Positions 1 through 10,548 of a DNA stretch of 64,000 nucleotides are shown piece by piece. Each line of letters opens with the position of its first letter. Position 1 is the first letter of the stretch. The position numbers and the translations under genes were made by a program. The notes under the pieces are model-generated. The model saw only the letters and a list, made by a program, of their open reading frames with translations. It was not told the DNA's origin and did no database searches. The stretch comes from Gemmatimonadota bacterium (GTDB lineage: Bacteria > Gemmatimonadota > Gemmatimonadetes > Palauibacterales > KS3-K002), in the NCBI GenBank assembly GCA_039586795.1, contig JBDHJS010000002.1:32001-96000 (forward strand), given 5' to 3'.

Positions 1-337
1 CACCCCAGCTGTATCCGAGCAAAGTCATCTCGTCGAGACGCCACAGGTTGCGCAGCGCTTCTAGATCGGACACGTGATCGCGCCAGCCGACCCGCGACGG
101 GTGCGCCACGCGCGACCGCCCTCCCCCGCGCTGGTCGTAGAAGATCAGGCGACGCCCGCCGGCAAGTGGAGCGAAGTGGGGCAGCAAGTAGTCGTGGTGC
201 GCGCCGGGGCCGCCGTGCAGCACAACAAGGGGGGCTCCTTCACCCACTTCCCGCACGAATAACTGGCCGTCAGGCCCCTCAGCCAGGTAATGCTTCTCGT
301 TAGGCCACTGCGCTCCGCCAATATCCGTCCTCATCAT
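1..337 (-). CDS. Alpha/beta hydrolase (proline iminopeptidase-like), 5' part; runs off the window edge
   Basis: Manual minus-strand translation from ATG 337: MMRTDIG...LVVLHGGPGAHHDYL...LIFYDQRGGGRS...LLGYSWG. Contains HGGPG, YDQRG and the start of a GxSxG nucleophile motif. Not in the ORF track because it is truncated. Confidence 0.85.
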   Translation of the reverse strand, partial: MMRTDIGGAQWPNEKHYLAEGPDGQLFVREVGEGAPLVVLHGGPGAHHDYLLPHFAPLAGGRRLIFYDQRGGGRSRVAHPSRVGWRDHVSDLEALRNLWRLDEMTLLGYSWG

Positions 338-409
338 CCGCTTGCGCTCGCTCGATCCTTATCTTCCGACGTTGAATTCCACCGGCGCTCCTAATAGACT
401 TGGGGCGCT

Positions 410-2158
410 ATGAACATCTCAATCGATACAGTTGCGCGCGACCCGCGCAACCGGGAGCGACCTTTCCGCGCCCGGGCGGCCCACTGGCTCGCCCTGGCTG
501 CGATGTGCGTCCTCGCCGCGCCGACAGCGGCGCTTTCTCAGTCCATCGAGCCAAATGCGCTGCTGGACCACGTGAAATACCTGGCCAGCGACGAATTGGC
601 CGGCCGCGAATCGGGTGAGCCAGGCGCCGATAGGGCCGCCGGCTACATCTCCGGGCTGTTCAAGTCGTACGGCCTGGAATCGCTGGGCAACGAACTCTAT
701 CAGCAGCCGTTCGAGATCACGACGACGATCAGCGTGGCGCCCGACAGCCGACTCGTCCTCGAGACGCCGAGCGGAAAGCGCGAGCTGAAGCTCGGAGAGG
801 AGTGGATGCCGTTCAACTTCTCCGGCGCCGGTTCCGCGAGCGGCGGCGTCTTCCGTGCCGGCCACGGCCTCAGCGATGACGACTACGAGGGCGTGGAGTC
901 GCCGGGCATCGTCGTGCTCCTCGGCGGCACGCCGGAAGACTTCAGCCCTCACGGTTCCGGCATCGACCCGTCGCCCCGTCGTAAAGCCACGACGGCGCGC
1001 GAGAAGGGCGCCGAGGCCGTGTTGGTCCTTCGGCAGCGCCTGGACATGCCGCAAGCCGGAGACCCGCCCCACGCGGTGGGCATCCCGGCCATCCAGATCC
1101 TGGAGACAGATGAGCTCTCCGAATTGCTTGATGATGCCGACCTGAGGATCACACTGGAAGCGAATGTCGAGCCGCTGCGCGTCACGGCCTACAACATCGT
1201 TGGCAAGCTGGCGGGCTCGGACCCTGCCCGCGCCGACGAGATCCTCGTCATCGGCGCCCACTACGACCACCTGGGCATGGGCGGCCCCGGCTCGATGGCG
1301 CCAGAAGAGCGCGTTCCCCACAACGGAGCCGATGACAACGCGTCCGGCACCGCGGTGCTGCTGGGATTGGCGGAGTACTACGCCAAGAACCCTGACGCGC
1401 GCCCGGCCCGCAGCATGGTGTTCGCCGCGTTCGCCGCCGAAGAGATGGGACTGCTCGGCTCCGACTACTTAGTCAACAACCCGCCCTTCTCACTCGATCA
1501 GGTGACGGCCATGTTGAACTTCGACATGGTCGGCCGTTTGAACGAGGGCAGGATGCAGGTGTTCGGAACGGAGTCGGCGGAAGAGTTCGAGACACTGCTC
1601 GATACGCTCGATGCCAACAACGATGACGTCACGCTGAGCTATGTTGGCGACGGTTACGGCCCCAGCGATCAGACGTCCTTCTACGCCAAGAAGATCCCGG
1701 TCCTGCACATGTTCACGGGTACGCATTCTCAGTACCACCGGCCTGATGACGACTGGGAGTTGATCAACGCCGAAGGGATGGCGGCGGTCGCCGAATTCTC
1801 CATCGCGCTGATCGACGAGCTGGCGAACTGGCCCGGCGACCTGACGCTGATCGAGCGGCAGCGGCCACAAGCACAGGGCGGCGGCGGCTACGGACCCTAT
1901 CTCGGTACGATCCCCGACTTCGGCGAGGTCGAAGGCGGCGGCCTGCGCCTGTCAGGCGTACGCGCTGGAAGCCCAGCTGAAGCCGCCGGCCTGCAGGGTG
2001 GTGACGTGGTCATCGAATTCGCCGGCAACGAGATCATGAACATCTACGACTACACCTACGCGCTACGCGATCACGCGCCCGGCGACACAGTTCAGATCAA
2101 AGTCCGACGCGAAGGCGAGGTCGTAGAGCTAACCGCGGTGCTAGGCAGCCGTCAGTAG
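410..2158 (+). CDS. M28 family aminopeptidase with PA and C-terminal PDZ domain, secreted
   Basis: Signal peptide; GAHYDHLG, NGADDNASG, AEEMGLLGS, NFDMVGR and YHRPDD M28 motifs; YLGTIPD...GSPAEAAGLQGGDVV PDZ domain. Confidence 0.92.
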   Translation: MNISIDTVARDPRNRERPFRARAAHWLALAAMCVLAAPTAALSQSIEPNALLDHVKYLASDELAGRESGEPGADRAAGYISGLFKSYGLESLGNELYQQPFEITTTISVAPDSRLVLETPSGKRELKLGEEWMPFNFSGAGSASGGVFRAGHGLSDDDYEGVESPGIVVLLGGTPEDFSPHGSGIDPSPRRKATTAREKGAEAVLVLRQRLDMPQAGDPPHAVGIPAIQILETDELSELLDDADLRITLEANVEPLRVTAYNIVGKLAGSDPARADEILVIGAHYDHLGMGGPGSMAPEERVPHNGADDNASGTAVLLGLAEYYAKNPDARPARSMVFAAFAAEEMGLLGSDYLVNNPPFSLDQVTAMLNFDMVGRLNEGRMQVFGTESAEEFETLLDTLDANNDDVTLSYVGDGYGPSDQTSFYAKKIPVLHMFTGTHSQYHRPDDDWELINAEGMAAVAEFSIALIDELANWPGDLTLIERQRPQAQGGGGYGPYLGTIPDFGEVEGGGLRLSGVRAGSPAEAAGLQGGDVVIEFAGNEIMNIYDYTYALRDHAPGDTVQIKVRREGEVVELTAVLGSRQ

Positions 2159-2180
2159 CTCTAACGCCGACCAGCATAGA

Positions 2181-2212
2181 AATCGGGGGGTCGCCAAATC
2201 GACCCCCCGATT
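2181..2212. terminator. Hairpin/terminator between convergent genes
   Basis: AATCGGGGGGTCG-ccaaat-CGACCCCCCGATT perfect inverted repeat. Confidence 0.65.
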
Positions 2213-2244
2213 CTCGTAATCCCCGAATCCCCGAATCGCAGATT

Positions 2245-2727
2245 CTACAGCGGCTCGTCAGCGCCCAACTGGCGACGACCTCTCAGCTCCGGGAAGTAGT
2301 AGACCACGACGCCGCTCTCCGGCTCGTTACCAACATCCACATAGCCGCTCCGGCACATCTCCCGCAGTAGCTCTTCTGCTTCAGCGAACGTATACCCGGT
2401 GATCATCGCCGCCTGAGTGACGGTCAGCTTGCCATCCTGCTTCACGGCTGCGCGGAGCAGCATCTGCTCCGGCGTCGGCTTGGTGTGCCCTCCGCTGGAG
2501 CGCAGGGAGCGCGCCTCTTCCAGCAGGTTGGCTTCGTCTACTTGACGGCGAAGAGTGATCAGATCGATGATCTGACCCACCCCCATCAGCCCCCACGTGA
2601 AGAGCCATAGGAAGCCGGTGCCCCATTTGCCCAGGTACAGGCGATGGAGACCGGCAAACCCGAATAGCCAGCCCGCCCACAAGCCGTAGGCTATGCCTTC
2701 CTTAAACTTCTTTTCGCCTTGTTCCAT
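2245..2727 (-). CDS. TM2 domain membrane protein
   Basis: GFAGLHRLYLGKWGTGFLWLFTWGLMGVGQIIDLI is a TM2 signature. Start placed at ATG 2727 (MEQGEKK). Confidence 0.85.
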   Translation of the reverse strand: MEQGEKKFKEGIAYGLWAGWLFGFAGLHRLYLGKWGTGFLWLFTWGLMGVGQIIDLITLRRQVDEANLLEEARSLRSSGGHTKPTPEQMLLRAAVKQDGKLTVTQAAMITGYTFAEAEELLREMCRSGYVDVGNEPESGVVVYYFPELRGRRQLGADEPL

Positions 2728-2993
2728 TCCGGCCCGCCGTCTGTTTCGCGCAATCCCGCAGCGCGGCCCGCTCCTATCATCAATGACGTGGTACCAGTGT
2801 GCCCGGGTTTCAACAGGCTGGGGTGCAAGGAACCTAAATCGCACCCCCGCCTGCCTCAAGGTGCCGGCGCCGATTCACAGGCCCGGCACTTCCCTGTCGG
2901 CCTCAGCGGTTCCCGGACGGACTTGATGACCCCACTTCAGAACGACAGAATGTTTGGAGGCCAAACAGGTTACCACTTGCTTGGGGTCTATCT

Positions 2994-4460
2994 ATGAATA
3001 CCCGAATCAGACGCCGCCTATTCGCTCCGGTCATTCTGACCTATGCCCTCGCCCTCGTCGGCTGTCCCGTTAACCCGGCCACGGGAGAGCGGCAGCTGAT
3101 CATCTACAGCGAGCGGCAAGAGATCGAGATGGGGCTGGCGGGGGCCCAGCAGGTCGAGCAGATCTACGGCCTCTACGACGACCAGGCCCTCCAGGACTAC
3201 GTCGACGGGATCGGCCAGGAGTTGGCCGCGGCCTCCGAAAAGCCAGGATTACCGTGGCACTTCAAGGTCGTCGACGACCCCATCGTCAACGCGTTCGCCC
3301 TGCCCGGCGGCCAGATCTTCATGACCCGAGGGATCCTCAGCTACTTCACGTCCGAGGCGGAGATGGCTGCGGTCCTCGGCCACGAGATCGGCCACGTCAC
3401 GGCACGGCATTCCGCAGAACAGATGAGTCGGGCCACGGTCGCCGGTTTGGGGGTCGGCGTCGGCGCCGTCCTCTCCTCCGACATCGCCAGGTACCAGGGG
3501 GTTTTGAGCGCCGGCCTCGGACTCATGTTTCTGAAGTTCGGACGCGACGATGAACGGCAATCCGATGACCTGGGCTTCCGCTACATGAGTACCGTCGGCT
3601 ACAACCCCAGAGAAGCCGCCGACGTCTTTACCATGCTCGGCCGAGTCACCCAGGCGGCGGGCGGCAGCTCGCTACCCGGGTGGCTGTCGACGCACCCGGA
3701 TCCCGGCGAACGGGTGCAGCGGATCAACCAGGCGCTCGATTCACTGGAACGGGCCGGTGTGCAGGTAACCGGCGAAGTAGGCCGCGATCGCTACTTGCGG
3801 CAGATCGATGGGATCGTCTTCGGCGAGAACCCCCGGGAAGGCTATTTCGAGGGACAGCTGTTCCTGCACCCCGACCTGGCGTTCAAGCTCCAGTTCCCCG
3901 ACGAGTGGCAGACTCAGAACACGAAGATGGCCGTTGCGGCGGTGAGCTCAGAAGGTGATGCCATCATCCAGCTGACGTTGGCCGATGCCGCAAACGCGCG
4001 TCAGGGACTCCAGGCCTTCGTCGCCGATTCAGCCATCCAGCAGCGGGGATCATCGTCAAGCTCTACGCTGAACGGCATGCCGGCCGCTTCGACTTACTTC
4101 TACGCCTCCACTCCGGAGGTCCAGCTGGCCGGCCTCGGCGTGTGGGTGGAGTACAATGGCGTCGTCTTCGAGCTTCTCGGCTACACGCTGGCGAGCAAGC
4201 TGCAACAATACGACGGGACCTTCCAAAGCTCCCTCGGTAGCTTCGATCGTGTGACCGACTCGGAGGTCCTCAACGTCCAGCCACGGCGCATCGAGCTGGT
4301 GACGACGGACCGAAATATGACAATCGAGCAGTTCGCTCAACGGCATCCCTCAACCGTGTCGCTCACCACGCTGGCGATCATCAACGGCGTAGAGACTGGC
4401 GCGATGATCTCCGCCGGGACGACGCTCAAGCGCGTGGTGGGAGGACCTGAGGGACGGTAG
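2994..4460 (+). CDS. M48 family metalloprotease lipoprotein (BepA/YfgC-like) with C-terminal LysM-like region
   Basis: Lipobox LVGC; VNAFALPGG; HEIGH zinc motif; STHP motif. Confidence 0.9.
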   Translation: MNTRIRRRLFAPVILTYALALVGCPVNPATGERQLIIYSERQEIEMGLAGAQQVEQIYGLYDDQALQDYVDGIGQELAAASEKPGLPWHFKVVDDPIVNAFALPGGQIFMTRGILSYFTSEAEMAAVLGHEIGHVTARHSAEQMSRATVAGLGVGVGAVLSSDIARYQGVLSAGLGLMFLKFGRDDERQSDDLGFRYMSTVGYNPREAADVFTMLGRVTQAAGGSSLPGWLSTHPDPGERVQRINQALDSLERAGVQVTGEVGRDRYLRQIDGIVFGENPREGYFEGQLFLHPDLAFKLQFPDEWQTQNTKMAVAAVSSEGDAIIQLTLADAANARQGLQAFVADSAIQQRGSSSSSTLNGMPAASTYFYASTPEVQLAGLGVWVEYNGVVFELLGYTLASKLQQYDGTFQSSLGSFDRVTDSEVLNVQPRRIELVTTDRNMTIEQFAQRHPSTVSLTTLAIINGVETGAMISAGTTLKRVVGGPEGR

Positions 4461-4488
4461 ACGGTGGGTGGTGGGTGGTAGGTGGTAG

Positions 4489-5604
4489 CTATCGGACCTT
4501 GCCGCGGGCGGCGATCGGCCAGACGTCCACTACGTCGTTGCCGTCCAGGATGCAGAGCTCGTCGTGTAGATTGACGGCTGGGCACACGTGGTTCGGGATG
4601 ATCTCAACGACTCCGCCAACAGCTGGGAAGTCCTCGCCCTCCGGTATAGCAACAACCCCGTGCTCTTCGCTCAAACTCACGATTCGCGCTTGGGGCGCTT
4701 GCCTTATGTAACCGTAGCCATCGTAGCCCTCCAGCGCGAAGGCGGTCCGCGCTCGCTCGGCGAAGAGTGATTTGCTACCCGCATCCAGGACTGCACGATC
4801 GGGCTGCGGTCGGCTGATCACCGTGGCCAAGACGCTCAGCGCACACTCTCTCGCCGTCGCCTGCCCAAGCGCCATCTCGTTCACATCGTTGAAGACGTAG
4901 GTGCCCGGGCGCATCTCCGTGATCCCCTCCACCGACGCCGTGTAAGGCGCTGCCGGCGTCGAGCCAACACTCACTTCCTCCACCGCCTGACCCCGCTCGC
5001 GAAGCGCGATTGCTACTTCCATGATCCGTTCGCCGGCGGCGACGGCCCGCTCTTTCATCTGGTCAGCGCTGGTAGCGCCCTCCGGCACATGTCCTTCGTG
5101 TGTCTCAACGCCGCGCAGACGCAGGTGTCCGGCGCGGGCGACTTCATCCGCCAACGCGAGGATCTGTTCCGTCTCGGATAGCCCGCACCGACCCTTCCCC
5201 GTATCCACTTCGATCAGCACATCCAGCTGCTGGCCGGCCGCACCGAACGCCCGTTCGAGGATTCCTACTCCCTCAGAGCTGTCAACGAGAACCGCCACGC
5301 GCACTCGCTCCGCCAGCGCTATGAGTCGGCGGATCTTCTCGCCGCCGATCACCTGGTTGGCGATGAGAATGTCCTCCACGCCTCCATCCGCCATCACCTC
5401 GGCTTCCCCGACCTTGGCGACCGTGACCCCGCTCGCCCCGGCCTCCAGCTGGCGTCGGGCGACATGCGGCGACTTGTGGGTCTTGGTATGCGGGCGCAGG
5501 CGTACTCCGAACTGGTTGGCAACCTTCTGCATCCACTCGATGTTGTGGCGCAGCGCGCCCGAGTCCACCACAAGGGCGGGAGTATCGAGGTCGGACTTCC
5601 TCAT
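4489..5604 (-). CDS. PLP-dependent D-threonine aldolase / D-serine dehydratase (alanine racemase fold) family
   Basis: DTPAL, LRPHTKTHK (PLP lysine), EMRPGTYVF, LSEEHG and PNHVCPAVN motifs. Confidence 0.88.
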   Translation of the reverse strand: MRKSDLDTPALVVDSGALRHNIEWMQKVANQFGVRLRPHTKTHKSPHVARRQLEAGASGVTVAKVGEAEVMADGGVEDILIANQVIGGEKIRRLIALAERVRVAVLVDSSEGVGILERAFGAAGQQLDVLIEVDTGKGRCGLSETEQILALADEVARAGHLRLRGVETHEGHVPEGATSADQMKERAVAAGERIMEVAIALRERGQAVEEVSVGSTPAAPYTASVEGITEMRPGTYVFNDVNEMALGQATARECALSVLATVISRPQPDRAVLDAGSKSLFAERARTAFALEGYDGYGYIRQAPQARIVSLSEEHGVVAIPEGEDFPAVGGVVEIIPNHVCPAVNLHDELCILDGNDVVDVWPIAARGKVR

Positions 5605-5732
5605 ACCGGCTCTCCAGAAACCGTTAGTTGAGTTCAGTACGTCGCGTCAGTATAGCGGCTCTTCGCCGGAATGTGCTAGCTTTTCCGCCCGACCATCACG
5701 TCAATCAATTCCAGCAGCCAGAGGAATTCGTC

Positions 5733-8700
5733 ATGCGTCGCTTTCTAGGACTCGCTCTCGTTTTCGCGGCTCTCACCGCCACGGCTCGGGCACAAGAAGC
5801 CCCCTTCTGGATGCGCTATCCGGCAATCTCGCCCGACGGTAGCACCATCGTGTTCAGCTACAAGGGCGATCTCTACCGGGTGCCAAGCTCCGGCGGCGAA
5901 GCGCGCCCGCTAACCCTCTACGGCGGCCACGACTACATGCCCGTCTGGTCTCCCGACGGCACGTCGATCGCCTTCGCGTCCGATCGGTTCGGAAACTTCG
6001 ACATCTATCTTATGCCCGCTACGGGCGGCTCGGCGACGCGACTCACATTCCACTCCGCGTCCGATTATCCGTCTGATTTCAGTCCCGACGGACAGAATGT
6101 GATCTTTACGTCGAGCCGTCTGGACGACGTGCTAAATCCAGCCTTCCCGACGGGCGCCCTCTCCGAGTTGTACTCAGTACCCGTAATCGGGGGCCGTGTC
6201 ACCCAGGTCCTGACGGTCCCTGCCGAGCTGGCCCGTTACGATCGTGCCGGTACACGGCTCATCTACCAGGACCGCAAGGGCTACGAAGATGACTGGCGAA
6301 AGCACCATGAGTCTTCCGTGACGAGAGACATCTGGCTCCATGACCTTGGGGACGGGACGTTCCGGCGGATCTCGACCTACCCGGGCGAAGACCTCAACCC
6401 GGTCTTCACGCCGGACGAAGCCGGCGCGTACTACCTCAGCGCCGAAAATGGCACCATCAATGTGCACCAAACGTCGTTCGCCGACCCCGGGACATCGCAG
6501 CAGATCACTTCCTTCGAGAATCACCCGGTCAGGTTCCTCTCGAGCTCGACGGATGGCACGCTCTGCTACAGCTACAACGGCGAGATCTACACGCAGAGCC
6601 CCGGCGCCCAGCCTGCTCGAGTGAGCATCACCGTGGCGACGGACGCCCAGCATCGGTCTGAGGAGATCGTGTCTGTGACTTCGGGGGCGACCGAGATGGC
6701 TGTGTCCCCGAGCGGCAAAGAGGTCGCCTTTGTGTACCGCGGCGAAGTCTTCGTCACCTCCCTCGAAACCAGCGTCACCAAGCAGATCACGCAGACGCCC
6801 GAGCAGGAACGTTCGATCAGTTTCAGTCCGGATGGCAAATCGATCCTCTACGCCGGCGAGCGAGGCGGTAGCTGGAACATCTACCGCACGTCCATCGCCC
6901 GGGAGGAAGAACGGTACTTCTTCAACGCCACGATCCTCGATGAAGAACCCGTGCTGGTGTCGGACGCCGAGACCTTTCAGCCGGCCTACTCGCCGGACGG
7001 CAAAGAGGTCGCGTACCTGGAAGACAGGACCACGCTGAAAGTCATCAGCCTCGAGTCTGGAGACACGCGCACCATTCTGGAAGGTCATAGGAACTTCTCC
7101 TATGCGGACGGCGACCAGCATTACCAGTGGTCTCCCGACGGCAAATGGTTTCTCGTGGAGTTCCTGCTGCCCAGTTACTGGATGAGCGAAGTGGGTCTGG
7201 TGCCGTCCGACGGTGCCGGAGAAGTCGTAAACCTGACCCGCAGCGGCTACCCGGACTTTCGCCCCAAGTGGATGATGGGCGGCAAGATGCTGCTCTGGTT
7301 CTCGAGCCGCGATGGACTGAAGAGCCAGGCGAACACGGGATCCACCCAGGCCGACGCCTACGCCATGTTCTTCACGCAGGACGCCTACGAGCGGTTCAGC
7401 TTGACGAAGGAAGAGTACGAGCTGCTTCAGGAGAGCGAGGAAGACGAAGAAAAGGACGAGGAGGATGACAACGGCGACGAAGACGAAGACGCGCTCGAGC
7501 CCATCGAGATCGAGCTCGACGGCATCGAGGACAGAAAGGTGCGACTCACCATCCACTCTTCCCGGCTTTCCGATGCGGTCGTGACGCCCGACGGCGAGAA
7601 GTTGATCTACCTATCTCGTTTCGAGAGAGGGTACGACCTGTGGGTGACGGAGCTCCGGACCCGCGAGACCAAGATTCTGGCCAAGCTTGGGGGCGGTGGC
7701 GGCCAGCTGGAGCTCGACGAGGATGGCAAGAACGTCTTCCTGTTGTCGGGTGGCAGGATCTCCAAGTTCGGCGTGAGCGATGGCAAGCGCACCAACATCT
7801 CGTTCAGCGGCGAGATGGTACTGAACGCGGCAGCCGAGCGCGAGTATCTGTTCGAGCACGTGTGGCGTCAGGTGAGAGAGAAGTTCTACGACCCGAACCT
7901 GCACGGTGTCGACTGGGACTTCATGAAGACGGAATACGCTCGTTTCCTGCCCTACATCAACAACAACTACGATTTCGCCGAGCTGCTGAGTGAGTTGCTG
8001 GGTGAGCTGAACGCGTCACACACCGGCGCCGGCTACCGAGCGCGCAGCGAGAACGCAGACGCTACGGCCTCCCTGGGAGCGTTCTACGATCAGGCGTACG
8101 CGGGTCCCGGGCTCAGGATCGCCGAGGTAATGGCGAAGGGACCGCTGGTGCAGTCAGGCACCCGGATCACGGCCGGCGTCGTCATCGAGCAGATCGACGG
8201 TCAGGCGATCACGCCCACGACCAACTACTATCGGCTTCTGAATCGAAAAGCGGGAAAGAAGATCCGGCTCTCGCTGTTCGACCCCGATTCCGACGACAGG
8301 TGGGAAGAGACGGTCAAGCCGATCTCTTTAGGCAGGGAATCGCAGTTGCGCTATGAGCGTTGGGTCGAGACTCGTCGCGATCTGACGCATGAGCTTTCCG
8401 GCGGACGACTGGGGTACGTGCACGTCCGCAGCATGAGCGACTTCAGCTATCGCACCGTTCACGAGGAAGTGCTCGGCGAGCAGGTGACCAGCGAAGGCCT
8501 CGTCGTGGACACGCGGTTCAACGGCGGTGGCGATCTGGTGAACGATCTCTCCGCCTTCCTCAGCGGAGTGCGCTACATGGACTTCGTGACTCGAACCGGT
8601 CAGGTGATTGGATTCGAGCCGCAGCGTGATTGGACGAAGCCGTCGATCGTCATCGCCAGCGAGGGCAACTACTCCGACGCCCACTGCTTCCCCTACGCGT

Positions 8701-8960
8701 ATCAGGCGCTGGGGATTGGACTGGTTGTCGGGACTCCCGTGGCCGGCACCTGCACCTTTGTGTGGTGGGAGACGCTGCAGGACCGGAGCCTCTATTTCGG
8801 CATCCCGAACATGGCCGTGAACGCCGAGGGCGCTCCGCTCGAGAACCGACAGCTCGAGCCTGACATCCGAGTGGAGAACGAGCCGGCGGCGCTGATCGCC
8901 GGGCGCGACCAGCAGCTGGAGCGGGCCGTCCAAGAGCTGCTGAACATCATCGGCGGCTGA
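5733..8960 (+). CDS. Tricorn-like S41 family peptidase with PD40 beta-propellers and PDZ
   Basis: RBS GAGGA then ATG 5733 and a signal peptide; WMRYPAISPDG and repeated SPDG; GELNASH; DTRFNGGG; NYSDAH; DQQLERAV. Confidence 0.92.
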   Translation: MRRFLGLALVFAALTATARAQEAPFWMRYPAISPDGSTIVFSYKGDLYRVPSSGGEARPLTLYGGHDYMPVWSPDGTSIAFASDRFGNFDIYLMPATGGSATRLTFHSASDYPSDFSPDGQNVIFTSSRLDDVLNPAFPTGALSELYSVPVIGGRVTQVLTVPAELARYDRAGTRLIYQDRKGYEDDWRKHHESSVTRDIWLHDLGDGTFRRISTYPGEDLNPVFTPDEAGAYYLSAENGTINVHQTSFADPGTSQQITSFENHPVRFLSSSTDGTLCYSYNGEIYTQSPGAQPARVSITVATDAQHRSEEIVSVTSGATEMAVSPSGKEVAFVYRGEVFVTSLETSVTKQITQTPEQERSISFSPDGKSILYAGERGGSWNIYRTSIAREEERYFFNATILDEEPVLVSDAETFQPAYSPDGKEVAYLEDRTTLKVISLESGDTRTILEGHRNFSYADGDQHYQWSPDGKWFLVEFLLPSYWMSEVGLVPSDGAGEVVNLTRSGYPDFRPKWMMGGKMLLWFSSRDGLKSQANTGSTQADAYAMFFTQDAYERFSLTKEEYELLQESEEDEEKDEEDDNGDEDEDALEPIEIELDGIEDRKVRLTIHSSRLSDAVVTPDGEKLIYLSRFERGYDLWVTELRTRETKILAKLGGGGGQLELDEDGKNVFLLSGGRISKFGVSDGKRTNISFSGEMVLNAAAEREYLFEHVWRQVREKFYDPNLHGVDWDFMKTEYARFLPYINNNYDFAELLSELLGELNASHTGAGYRARSENADATASLGAFYDQAYAGPGLRIAEVMAKGPLVQSGTRITAGVVIEQIDGQAITPTTNYYRLLNRKAGKKIRLSLFDPDSDDRWEETVKPISLGRESQLRYERWVETRRDLTHELSGGRLGYVHVRSMSDFSYRTVHEEVLGEQVTSEGLVVDTRFNGGGDLVNDLSAFLSGVRYMDFVTRTGQVIGFEPQRDWTKPSIVIASEGNYSDAHCFPYAYQALGIGLVVGTPVAGTCTFVWWETLQDRSLYFGIPNMAVNAEGAPLENRQLEPDIRVENEPAALIAGRDQQLERAVQELLNIIGG

Positions 8961-9001
8961 CCATCGCGCCGTCACACACTCTTAGAGCGCGGGGATAACT
9001 C

Positions 9002-9868
9002 ATGATCAGAGCCGCAAAAGATCCCTACCTGGTGCCGTTCGATGGGAGCTTCCGAGTGAAGAAGGCGCCAACTGCGCCACCGAAGAAGGAGATCAACAAG
9101 AAGGCCAACAAGAAGAAGCTCGCAAAGCTGCACGATGAGCTGGACGATCTTCAGCGCAAACTGTACGCGGACGATCGTTACGCCGTGCTCATCGTCTTCC
9201 AGGCGATGGACGCGGCGGGCAAGGACGGTACAATCCGCGCCGTGTTCTCCGGCGTGAACCCGGCCGGCGTGCAGGTCTTCTCGTTCAAGCAGCCTTCCGC
9301 CGAGGAGCTCGATCACGACTTCCTATGGCGGACGGCGCGGCGGCTCCCGGAGCGCGGCCGGATCGGCGTCTTCAACCGCAGCTACTATGAGGAGGTACTG
9401 GTCGTTCGCGTCCACCCGGAAATCCTGGAGAACCAACGCCTTCCCGGCCGATTGAGCCCGAAGCGATTCTGGAATGCGCGCTTCGAGTCGATCGCCGAGG
9501 AAGAGGAGCATCTGGCCCGCAACGGCGTCGTGATTCTGAAGTTCTGGCTAAACGTCTCCAAAGATGAGCAGCGAAGTCGTTTCCTGGCACGAATCGACGA
9601 GCCGCAGAAGAACTGGAAGTTCTCCAGAGCCGACGTGGAGGAACGGAAGCACTGGGACGACTACATGAAGGCATATCAAGACGCCCTCAACGCCACGTCA
9701 GAGTCGTGGGCGCCGTGGTACGCGATACCGGCTGACGACAAGCCGTTTATGCGCTTGAAGGTCGCGGAGATCATCGTCAATAACCTGAAGCGTCTGAACC
9801 TGGCTTACCCGGAGGTGAGCGCGGAAACGCGGCGGCGTTTACTGGAGATGCGGAAGTTGTTGAAGTGA
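9002..9868 (+). CDS. ppk2: Polyphosphate kinase 2 family (PPK2)
   Basis: [14 protein letters not shown]alker [34 protein letters not shown]. Confidence 0.93.
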   Translation: MIRAAKDPYLVPFDGSFRVKKAPTAPPKKEINKKANKKKLAKLHDELDDLQRKLYADDRYAVLIVFQAMDAAGKDGTIRAVFSGVNPAGVQVFSFKQPSAEELDHDFLWRTARRLPERGRIGVFNRSYYEEVLVVRVHPEILENQRLPGRLSPKRFWNARFESIAEEEEHLARNGVVILKFWLNVSKDEQRSRFLARIDEPQKNWKFSRADVEERKHWDDYMKAYQDALNATSESWAPWYAIPADDKPFMRLKVAEIIVNNLKRLNLAYPEVSAETRRRLLEMRKLLK

Positions 9869-9911
9869 GTTATCCGCAGCGGGGGTTGGGGCGGGAACGG
9901 TGGATCGCTCG

Positions 9912-10430
9912 TTAGCCAACCTCCAAGAGGGTTCGCTCGATCTGGCGCATATGGATGCGGTCGTGTCCCGCCAGTAAGCGGACCGATAGATCGACGCTCT
10001 CGGCGCCGCGTTCCGAGTGGAGACCGTAGCGCTCCCACGCCGGTCCGCGAGTTCGAAGGTAGAGATCGACGCTCAGTCCCCGGAGTCGGCGTAGCTCTTC
10101 CAGCAGCATCGAGAGCGGCCTGTTGTTGTGATCCATCCCCGCGACCATCAGGTCCTGGTCGTATCCCGCGATTTCCGGCTTGTCATGGCTGAGCATCAAG
10201 CGCATCCGATATCCGTATATCCATTCCGAGTCGCCCAAGTGGCCCAACACTTCCTTGACCGACCAGGCGCCTTCCCGCGGGCGTCGTTCCAGCATCGCTT
10301 CGTCGAGATCGGATAGTCGCTCCTCGATTAGGCCGGGGGTGTGGGCCAGAACATCGATGGGGTCATCGTCGCCGAGGAGGGCGAGAAGCTCGTCGCGGTA
10401 GGCCTCGAATTCGGTGATCGGGTCCGCCAT
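9912..10430 (-). CDS. DinB family protein
   Basis: WSVKEVLGHLGDSE and AGHDRIH metal-binding His pattern. Confidence 0.85.
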   Translation of the reverse strand: MADPITEFEAYRDELLALLGDDDPIDVLAHTPGLIEERLSDLDEAMLERRPREGAWSVKEVLGHLGDSEWIYGYRMRLMLSHDKPEIAGYDQDLMVAGMDHNNRPLSMLLEELRRLRGLSVDLYLRTRGPAWERYGLHSERGAESVDLSVRLLAGHDRIHMRQIERTLLEVG

Positions 10431-10448
10431 GGTCAGTCTCCATTGCTT

Positions 10449-10543
10449 CGAGCACGAGCAGGAGCACGATTAAGAACAGGAGCAATGAGCAAGAGGGCTC
10501 CCGGTCTGAGTCGTGCTGCTGCTCGTGCTTGTGCTCGTAATCG
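10449..10543. repeat. Hexamer-unit (GAGCAC/GAGCAG) intergenic inverted repeat
   Basis: CGAGCACGAGCAGGAGCACGATT ... AGTCGTGCTGCTGCTCGTGCTTGTGCTCG; shares CGAGCAGGAGCACGAT with 55847-55862. Confidence 0.7.
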
Positions 10544-10548
10544 GACTT

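Noticed and set aside
4461..4490. G-rich GGTGGGT repeats between convergent stops as a G-quadruplex
   Set aside because: Very short and mostly GG tracts; no further support.
7430..7495. Acidic repeat in the tricorn-like protease
   Set aside because: An ordinary low-complexity linker in this family.
6174..7556. 460-aa minus-strand ORF (similarly 14218..15270, 30886..32082, 53703..54629, 63061..63963)
   Set aside because: Antisense shadows of well-supported genes caused by GC codon bias.
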